Source of the DNA: Candidatus Omnitrophota bacterium
GTDB taxonomy: Bacteria; Omnitrophota; Gorgyraeia; Tantalellales; Tantalellaceae
Reading direction: 5' to 3'
DNA length: 64,000 bases
Assembly: GCA_049643885.1 (NCBI GenBank)
Contig: JBARQV010000033.1
Span: 11,229 to 75,228, forward strand
The translations under genes were made by a program, and so were the position numbers. Below the pieces are notes generated by a model that was given only the letters and a program-made list of their open reading frames with translations, ran no database searches and was not told the origin of the DNA. Within the stretch, counting starts at the first letter, position 1, and every line of letters begins with the position of its first letter. Positions 36,881-43,851 of the stretch are shown one piece after another.

Positions 36881-39800
36881 ATGAAAAAAATCACAACCAT
36901 TGTGGTTTTTTTTATGTTTCTCGCTTGTTTCGTCCTCACGGACGCCCGGTCCGTGGTGGATATAGACGCTCCCTATGATGTGCCGGAAGTCGGTGAACTG
37001 CAGCTTGCGCGCCTGGATGTTGATACATTTACCATTCCCGCGCATCTTGGCGAGATCAAATATAAGTTTAAAGGAGATCCCCGCAAGGTTGTCATCCATA
37101 TCCAGGACGCCCACTGCAACCATTTCGCGCAAAAAAAGATCGCCGATATTATCGACTACCTGAACCGTGAATACGGCATAAAGACGGTCAACCTTGAAGG
37201 CGGCGTGGAAGAGTATGACCTTTCCGTGTTCACCTCCATTACCGGCAAAGCCATAAGGCAGGAGGTCGCCAACCATTTCCTCAAGAAAGGCGAGATAAAC
37301 GGGGCGGAATTCTTCGCCGTGAATAATCCCGATAAGGTGCAGCTCTGGGGCGTCGAGGACAAGGACCTGTATCTTGCTAATCTGAAAGTCTACAGGGATT
37401 CCCTTGCGCATAAAGAAGAGGTTGACGAATACATGAAGGGGATCACTCACGTGATAAATAATCTCAAACTGCATATCTACGACGGTGAACTCCTTAAGAT
37501 GGACATGAATTACAACGCTTACAAGGAAAAGAACATGCAGTTCCGTGAATATCTGGAATTTCTGCTTAAAAAAGCGCAGTTCCATGAAATCGATATGACG
37601 AAGTATCAAAATTTGAATCTTCTCGAAAAATCGATCGAACAGGAAGAGGCTATAGACTTCGAGACGGCAAGCAACGAAAGGAAGACCCTTATCGATGAAC
37701 TTAAGAAGAACGTCTCGAAGGCCGACTTGCGGAATATCGTGCAGATGACCGTCGACTACAAGACAAAGAGGATCACGCCGAAAGCTTTTTATACGTATCT
37801 TCTCGACAAGGCAAAGGATGAAGGGATAGACGTAAATAGGTTCCCGGTCCTTGCCGGTTATATAGAATATGTCTCCACCTTTGAATCCGTCGACCGTTTC
37901 AAAATAATGAAGGAACTGGATGACATGGAAGCGGAGATAAAAAAAGACATCTACCAGAACAATACGCAGAAAGAACTCGATACGCTTTCCCGCAACCTGG
38001 TCATCATGAAAAATATTTTCGATATCCGCCTGAATAAGACGGATTACGATTATTACCTGGAAAATGAGGATTCTTTTGATGCCATTAATTTTCTCGAGTT
38101 CATCGACAGGGAAGCCCCGAGATACAGGATCACGGCACGGCCGGATCCGGAAGTCACAAGGTTGGACGTATACAGGGAAGACCTCTCCCAGTTCTTTGAG
38201 TTTTCCTTTCAAAGGGACGAGGTCTTCCTCAGGAACATGAAGTACAGCCGTGTCGCCGACGGCATCCAGGCGGCTATACTGATGACCGGCGGTTTCCATA
38301 CCGAGAACCTGTGCGTGCTTTTACAGGAAGATAATATCTCATATGTCTCCATTCTCCCCAGGTTCACCATGGACAGGGGTTATGTGAGCCCTTATTTTGA
38401 TATCCTTGCGGGGGATTCGACGGGCATACAGGAAGTTTTGCGCTCTGTCTTTGCACAACAGGCCGCGATGCTGCAGGTGCCTGCGAAGATGTCGCCGAAA
38501 ATAGCGGGATTTGTTTTCTCGGCGACGGAATTGGCGGCGTTCAGGGCATCAGTCCAGCTGACGGCCATGATGTTGATGGAAGCTGGAGATAGGGGGATGC
38601 AGACGGGCCAGGTAATGAAAGTCCCCATAGTGGACGAAGAGGACAGGGAGCAGGCTGCGATATACGCGAGGGTGACCATGAGAGAAGGCAGGGCTGTGGG
38701 AATAGATCTGGTTGAAGAAGAAGTAACTCCCGATGTTGAGATGAAAGTGACGATAGACGAACTCAACGAGCTTTCCCTGCCAAGACCCGCCGCTCCCAGG
38801 GTGCCGGAAGGCGCTGCCGTCGCGGAAGGCAGGCGGGGGCTCAAAGAAGACAGGTATCCCAGGTCCGAGGAGTCTTTAAGGGAAATGGTCAGGACGGGAG
38901 AGGCCCGGCTTGCCGAGGACGTGGACCTGGCCGCGGTGAAGGCAGGGGCGAACGAAGTTCTCCGTGGTGAGATAGGCGCCGAGCTTGCTTCTCTCATTGA
39001 GGACCTCAGGGGAAAGAATCCGGATGATACGGTAATGCTTGGAAAGGTGATCGGGCGAAGAGATATGAGAAGGCCTTATACGGTGAAGGACGTCCTGGAC
39101 AGGCTCCGCGGGAGAGGTTTCACGATAAGCGAAGATGATCCTATCGGCGACCTCGAGGAATTACAGAGAAGAATAGCCGCGGCCGAGATGGGAGATGTAA
39201 GGTTTTACACGGCTTCCCTCGGAGATACAATATACGCGCAAAGCTACAGGGACGAGGCCGGCGTCACGCATATCATTCTCAATTCCGACAGAGGCATCGC
39301 TGGGAAATATCTAAGAGACCGGGAAGTATTGGCCAGGCTCGGCGCGCATGAAAGGCTGGAAGCGGACAAAGCGAACCTGGGCCTTGATCACGCCATGGTC
39401 GAGCACCTGGAGGTCATCGCGAACGGTTACAGCGGCATGACGCCGTTAAGCGGATTTATTCTGGATAAAGAAGTGGCGAGATTTGAAGACCTTGATGATA
39501 TAGGCGAAATACATGACAGCGACCCGGATGGGAGCTTTTATATGGGAAATTACCTGCAGAGGCAAATATATCTTGCAAGAGACATGCTGGGGCACACCGA
39601 TCCGAAAGGCCCTCCCGTGGATGAGATCCTGGAGATCTCCGAGGAAGAGATGCTAAGGATAAGACCCCAGTATGAAAGGATAGGCAACGCAGCGGGAAGA
39701 TACTTCACGTTGACTTACGGGCCGCGGCTCAGGCTTCACCTGTGCGTGACCGGGCAGGCGGCGGCGGTACGTGAAGAGATAGCGGGAAGCAAGGATTTCC

Positions 39801-40192
39801 GGAAAGCCGCGGATGACGGTCTGAACCCGCAGATCTTTATTTTCGCGCATGAAGGTATCTCGAATGCAGATATTAACGCTTTAAGGGCGGCTGACGGCGT
39901 TGCCGGAGCCATAAAGTTCGGCAGGGTGGATCCTGCCAACCCGCTTGAGGTCGACCTGATCGCGCTACTTGGAGCTGACCTGGTCCAGGCGATCAGGAAT
40001 AAGGATGAAGAACTGGCCAGGACAGCGGGAGCGTTGATGGAATACATGTCGGGCGGCCTGGTCGAAGTGAGGAACCTGGAGGACCTGAAAAAATTCATGG
40101 AGCAATATGAAATCTTTAAGATAAAAGCGATAGATTACGGGGAAATAACCGAGTTTGCCAAGTCTCGGATGGAGGTACTCCGCTCCCTCTAA
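36881..40192 (+). CDS. Large protein (1103 aa) with signal peptide + conserved 'QDAHCN' module and a unique C-terminal half ending in the family C-terminal tail (...EVLRSL)
   Basis: ATG 36881 with AAAGGGGG RBS; 3.3 kb ORF; N-module paralogy; followed by intrinsic terminator. Confidence 0.9.
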   Translation: MKKITTIVVFFMFLACFVLTDARSVVDIDAPYDVPEVGELQLARLDVDTFTIPAHLGEIKYKFKGDPRKVVIHIQDAHCNHFAQKKIADIIDYLNREYGIKTVNLEGGVEEYDLSVFTSITGKAIRQEVANHFLKKGEINGAEFFAVNNPDKVQLWGVEDKDLYLANLKVYRDSLAHKEEVDEYMKGITHVINNLKLHIYDGELLKMDMNYNAYKEKNMQFREYLEFLLKKAQFHEIDMTKYQNLNLLEKSIEQEEAIDFETASNERKTLIDELKKNVSKADLRNIVQMTVDYKTKRITPKAFYTYLLDKAKDEGIDVNRFPVLAGYIEYVSTFESVDRFKIMKELDDMEAEIKKDIYQNNTQKELDTLSRNLVIMKNIFDIRLNKTDYDYYLENEDSFDAINFLEFIDREAPRYRITARPDPEVTRLDVYREDLSQFFEFSFQRDEVFLRNMKYSRVADGIQAAILMTGGFHTENLCVLLQEDNISYVSILPRFTMDRGYVSPYFDILAGDSTGIQEVLRSVFAQQAAMLQVPAKMSPKIAGFVFSATELAAFRASVQLTAMMLMEAGDRGMQTGQVMKVPIVDEEDREQAAIYARVTMREGRAVGIDLVEEEVTPDVEMKVTIDELNELSLPRPAAPRVPEGAAVAEGRRGLKEDRYPRSEESLREMVRTGEARLAEDVDLAAVKAGANEVLRGEIGAELASLIEDLRGKNPDDTVMLGKVIGRRDMRRPYTVKDVLDRLRGRGFTISEDDPIGDLEELQRRIAAAEMGDVRFYTASLGDTIYAQSYRDEAGVTHIILNSDRGIAGKYLRDREVLARLGAHERLEADKANLGLDHAMVEHLEVIANGYSGMTPLSGFILDKEVARFEDLDDIGEIHDSDPDGSFYMGNYLQRQIYLARDMLGHTDPKGPPVDEILEISEEEMLRIRPQYERIGNAAGRYFTLTYGPRLRLHLCVTGQAAAVREEIAGSKDFRKAADDGLNPQIFIFAHEGISNADINALRAADGVAGAIKFGRVDPANPLEVDLIALLGADLVQAIRNKDEELARTAGALMEYMSGGLVEVRNLEDLKKFMEQYEIFKIKAIDYGEITEFAKSRMEVLRSL

Positions 40193-40242
40193 TACAAACC
40201 CACGGCTGAATGAAGCTTGGTGTTTAGAAGTACCTCCGGGAA

Positions 40243-40276
40243 GCTGCCGGTGCTCACGCGCCGGCAGCTTTTTTTA
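40243..40276 (+). terminator. Rho-independent terminator closing the giant-gene array
   Basis: GCTGCCGG-tgctcacgcg-CCGGCAGC perfect 8-bp GC-rich stem followed by TTTTTTT, 50 nt after stop of ORF ending 40192. Confidence 0.7.
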
Positions 40277-40702
40277 TCAGTATCTCATGAATTGCAGGAG
40301 ATGGATGGTGAAGACGTTCATGCCGATGATGATCCGGGTGATCCTGAACAGCTGATTGAAGAAAGAGCGTCTTTTCGATGTAAGGATCTTCCAGCTCCCT
40401 TCAAGGACAAGGAACATTCCCGCCAGGAAGGCGAACCAGTCTATGCTGACTTCGGCAAAGGGCGTGTCGAAAAGCCAGCAATTAACGAGAAAGCAGATAG
40501 TTATCAGTGCCAGGAGCCCTATTATCTGTAAGAATTTTTCCGTCATGACACAGAATTTACCATATACCACGCAGAGATGCAAATATCCGGCATGATACGG
40601 GCTATGGGGGCAGGCGAGAATTGATTTCTGCAAAAACAATAAAATCCTTCCCACCAAATTAAAATATCTATTCCGGCGGATACATGCCTTCCGTCTCGAC
40701 AA
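40277..40702 (-). CDS. Possible small membrane protein (hypothetical); start uncertain (TTG at 40702 or ATG at 40546)
   Basis: ORF with two or three hydrophobic helices (LLALITICFLVNCWLF, AFLAGMFLVLEGSW, IIIGMNVFTIHLL); no clear RBS; sits in the only sizeable non-coding gap. Confidence 0.25.
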   Translation of the reverse strand: MSRRKACIRRNRYFNLVGRILLFLQKSILACPHSPYHAGYLHLCVVYGKFCVMTEKFLQIIGLLALITICFLVNCWLFDTPFAEVSIDWFAFLAGMFLVLEGSWKILTSKRRSFFNQLFRITRIIIGMNVFTIHLLQFMRY

Positions 40703-41034
40703 AAATTCTTAACGCTTTTCCGTCATTTTAAGCTGACATGGCAAAACTCGCCCCTCGCTATAGGAATGCTCGGGGCTCGGACAGTTGCCATGCCTACGCA
40801 TGTTTAATAGCCGTGACAACTTCAGCTTAAAATATCCGGAAAAGCTGAATTTTTGAATGATCCGTCAGGCATGCATTCGCCGTTATATGATTTTATTGTT
40901 TTTGCAGAACTAATTTTCGCGCCCCTCTGCCACTTTGACACTTTTATGATGTAGTTGCCCAATTTATTGGGCAAACCATCGAGCAAGAATAGTTGCTCGA
41001 TAAATCGAGCAACTACATATATAATGGTTTTAAT

Positions 41035-41973
41035 ATGAAATACAGGAAAATCGCGAATACAGATCTCGAAGTCTCGTCCATATGTCTGGGCACGTGGGCG
41101 TTCGGCGGCGATTGCTGGGGAGAGGCGGATGACGCCCAGTCGATCCGCGTCATCGAAGAAGCCGTCGATAAAGGCATCAATTTTATCGATACCGCGCCGA
41201 TCTACGGCAGCGGCCGTTCGGAAGAAGTAGTGGGTAAAGCGATAAAAAATAAAGCAGGCGTTATTATCGCCACGAAATGCGGGCTTGAACAAAAAGGCAA
41301 ATCGATCAGGCCCAATCTGCATGCAGATTTCATAAGAAAAGAAGCGGAAGGATCTTTGCGCCGTCTTGGGGTGGAGACGATAGACCTCTACCAGTGCCAC
41401 TGGCCGGATCCCAATACATCCATGAAAGAGACTTTCGGTGAAATGGATAAGCTCGTCCGGGAAGGGAAAATAAAGTACATAGGTGTTTCAAATTTTGAAA
41501 AAGGCGTCCTTGAGAGATCCATGCGCGCGGCACCCATTGTAAGTGATCAGGTCGAGTATTCTCTTTTTAAAAGAAAGATCGAAGAAGAGCTCATGCCGTT
41601 TTGCGGAGAAAATAAAGTTTCAGTTCTCACGTACGGACCCTTGGGCGGGGGAATTTTGACGGGGAAATACAAAACGCCCCCGACGTTTCCAAAAGGAGAT
41701 GTCAGGAACTTTTTCTATACTTTTTATAAAGAACCTTTCTGGAGCAAGGCGAAGGCGCTTGTTTCAGTCCTTGAAGAGCTTGCCGCGAAGAGACAGTGCC
41801 CGGTATCGGATATCGCTATTAATTGGGTTTTAAGCCACGCAGCTGTAACAAGTTGCATTGTCGGGTGCAGGACGCCCGAACAGCTCCGTCAGAATATCAC
41901 TGCCGCGGATTGGGAGCTGAGTGCGGATGAATTGGCTAAGATCCAAGGGGAGTATCAAAAAGTTTTTGGGTAG
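41035..41973 (+). CDS. Aldo/keto reductase family oxidoreductase
   Basis: MKYRKIANTDLEVSSICLGTWAFGG..., IDTAPIYG, LYQCHWPD, typical AKR motifs; in-frame upstream extension to 40993 is probably not used. Confidence 0.85.
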   Translation: MKYRKIANTDLEVSSICLGTWAFGGDCWGEADDAQSIRVIEEAVDKGINFIDTAPIYGSGRSEEVVGKAIKNKAGVIIATKCGLEQKGKSIRPNLHADFIRKEAEGSLRRLGVETIDLYQCHWPDPNTSMKETFGEMDKLVREGKIKYIGVSNFEKGVLERSMRAAPIVSDQVEYSLFKRKIEEELMPFCGENKVSVLTYGPLGGGILTGKYKTPPTFPKGDVRNFFYTFYKEPFWSKAKALVSVLEELAAKRQCPVSDIAINWVLSHAAVTSCIVGCRTPEQLRQNITAADWELSADELAKIQGEYQKVFG

Positions 41974-41977
41974 GTTA

Positions 41978-42136
41978 TCGTGAGGTAGGATATCAGGGGA
42001 TTGGGAAATCAGGGGGAAGAATATCAGGGGATTAGGGCATCAGGAACACCTGATATCCTGGTTCTCTGATTACCTGTCCCCTGATAACCGGATGCCCCGA
42101 TAATCTACCTCCCGATTCCCTAATATTCTGATATCC
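41978..42136. repeat. Long imperfect palindrome built from GATATCAGGG / CCCTGATATC units between convergent genes; probable bidirectional terminator/structured repeat
   Basis: Left arm has repeated ATATCAGGGG units, right arm has complementary CCCTGATA / CCCGATTCCC units; located between the AKR stop (41973) and GH1 stop (42142). Confidence 0.6.
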
Positions 42137-42141
42137 CTTCT

Positions 42142-43449
42142 TCATTCAATCTTTCCAGTCCTTATTACTTTTGCCAGGTATCTCGCTGAATCTCTAATAG
42201 TACGTTTCTGCGTCTTGTAATCCACCTCGATCAGGCCGAAACGCGGTCGGTAGCCTTCAGCCCATTCAAAATTGTCCAGGAGCGACCAATAGAGGTAACC
42301 GATCATGTCCACGCCTTCGTTTATCGCGCGCAGGACCTGGGCAAGATGGTCTTTTATGAATTTTTTGCGGGTATCATCATCCGAGGCAATGCCGTTCTCG
42401 GTTATGAATATCGGCAAGCCGTAGCGTGAAAAGGTCTTCGCGGCCTCGTATATTCCCTCGGGATATATCTCCCATCCCATATCGGTCCTTTTTCCTGTTA
42501 CATGATGTTCGCGGGAGCAGATCTCTCCTATGGGTTTTTTTACCATAGGCCTTATGAAATGGACGTGTTCCCTTGTGTAGTAGTTAAGGCCGATAAAGTC
42601 CAGCGTGTTCTTCACCGGGAGTTTTTCGTTGATGTAGGGAAAGAAGAAGGACCGCCCGGTTATCGCGGACCTTATAAAACTGTGGTTGTAAAAATTACTC
42701 CTAAGGAAGGCCGCAAGCCTATGCCGTATCGAGTGCCTGGTGCAGGGATGGAAGGCAGTAACAGCCTTAGCGATGCTGATCTTGGGTTCTTTTGCCCCGA
42801 CAGAAGAGCGAGCGGTTTCTTTCATTTCGCGATAAGCTTCAACATGGCCTTTCAGCATGTTTTTCAACGTTGTAAGGGCATCATAATGGGTCATTTTCTC
42901 AGGGGGCCACTTACTGTTCACGTAACTTCCAAGAGCCACGACGCACGGTTCATTTATGGTCATCCACCACCGGACGCGGTCGCCCAGTTCCTTAACGGCG
43001 CGAGCGGCGAAGCGGGTGAAAAGCTTGGCTGAATCACCGCTTAACCATCCGCCCTTGCGCTCGAACCAGACGGGAATAGTGAAGTGGTTGAGCGTTACCA
43101 TCGGTTCTATCCCAAGTTTGATAAGCTCGTCAACGACCTCTTTGTAGTGGTCCCATTCCTTCCGGTCCCAGACCCCGTCATCTTTTTCAACCCGGCTCCA
43201 TTCGATACCGAACCTGTGGACGTTATGGCAGAGCTCTTTGGCGATCGCGAAGTCTTCTTTGAACCGGTGATACTGGTCGCAGGCCTTCCCGGAAGGCTGG
43301 ATGTGGCCCGACTGTTCCCACTCCCACCAGTTATTGTTAACATTGTCGCCCTCGACCTGGTGAGCGGAAGTAGCCGAACCCCACATAAAATTTTCAGGAA
43401 ACCTGTCGCTCATGTGGATATTATACACGGAAATTGATGTTTTGAACAT
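42142..43449 (-). CDS. Glycoside hydrolase family 1 beta-glucosidase
   Basis: FPENFMWGSATSAHQVEG N-terminal signature, TINEP and ITENG catalytic glutamate motifs; alternative start ATG at 43413. Confidence 0.9.
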   Translation of the reverse strand: MFKTSISVYNIHMSDRFPENFMWGSATSAHQVEGDNVNNNWWEWEQSGHIQPSGKACDQYHRFKEDFAIAKELCHNVHRFGIEWSRVEKDDGVWDRKEWDHYKEVVDELIKLGIEPMVTLNHFTIPVWFERKGGWLSGDSAKLFTRFAARAVKELGDRVRWWMTINEPCVVALGSYVNSKWPPEKMTHYDALTTLKNMLKGHVEAYREMKETARSSVGAKEPKISIAKAVTAFHPCTRHSIRHRLAAFLRSNFYNHSFIRSAITGRSFFFPYINEKLPVKNTLDFIGLNYYTREHVHFIRPMVKKPIGEICSREHHVTGKRTDMGWEIYPEGIYEAAKTFSRYGLPIFITENGIASDDDTRKKFIKDHLAQVLRAINEGVDMIGYLYWSLLDNFEWAEGYRPRFGLIEVDYKTQKRTIRDSARYLAKVIRTGKIE

Positions 43450-43600
43450 ATGTCATCCCAGGCGAGGCTGAAATAGAAATATGTCATCCCGGAAACTGCC
43501 GAAGGCAGTTATCCGGGACCCAATAAAATTATTATGTGATCCCCGCTTTCGCGGGGATGACATATGCCTAAATCGGCGAATTCCGGGATGACATACTTTC
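43447..43600. repeat. Cluster of REP/MITE-like short repeats (GGGATGACAT core in both orientations, GCCTTCGGC / GCCGAAGGC tetraloop hairpins)
   Basis: ATGTCATCCC(A/G)G at 43450 and 43482, reverse copies CGGGGATGACAT at about 43547 and CCGGGATGACATA at about 43580; 23-nt string TCGGCGAATTCCGGGATGACATA recurs at 49281. Confidence 0.6.
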
Positions 43601-43649
43601 GCCTTCGGCGATGGAAGAGCACCATATTTCCATATTAATCAAAAATAAG

Positions 43650-43678
43650 TTGACAAATTATCAAGATAGGAATAAAAT
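43650..43678 (+). promoter_or_regulatory. Candidate sigma70-type promoter (TTGACA-N17-TAAAAT)
   Basis: Near-consensus -35/-10 with 17-nt spacer about 175 nt upstream of the BNR-repeat gene; followed by a GC hairpin at 43684-43714. Confidence 0.4.
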
Positions 43679-43851
43679 ATAAAGGCGGGTGAGGGTAGGG
43701 GGCGATCACCCGCCTTTGTTACGCGAAAGATCCGGGACCGGATCTGCGTTTTACTGCTAATATTCTACCAAAAATCATGAATATGTCAACTATAAATTGA
43801 GGTGGTTGTTTACCGTTAAAACCGCTCCCGACAGGGGCAGGAGAGGTGAAA

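Noticed and set aside
36818-38299. 493-aa minus-strand ORF (and similar antisense ORFs at 20398-20895, 32301-33110, 35893-36609, 58220-58975, and the plus-strand 42502-43032 opposite the GH1 gene)
   Set aside because: All lie entirely antisense to long, well-supported genes with recognisable motifs. They are low-complexity shadow ORFs typical of moderately GC-rich coding DNA, with no RBS and no motifs.
8-40192. NRPS/PKS megasynthase interpretation of the giant ORFs
   Set aside because: I found no condensation (HHxxxDG), adenylation (A-core) or ketosynthase/acyltransferase motifs and no internal carrier-protein GxDS sites. The nearby fabG-acpP-fabF are ordinary type-II FAS genes with their own promoter.
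40217-40531. 104-aa plus-strand ORF in the gap after the giant array
   Set aside because: It starts inside the terminator hairpin, has no RBS, is low complexity, and overlaps the somewhat more plausible minus-strand membrane-protein ORF.
40700-40860. Possible tRNA or small RNA in the 800-nt gap (GC-rich segment gctcggggctcggacagttgccatgcctacgc)
   Set aside because: I could not fold a cloverleaf with acceptor, anticodon or T-arm features, and the imperfect inverted repeats do not form a convincing stem. No call made.
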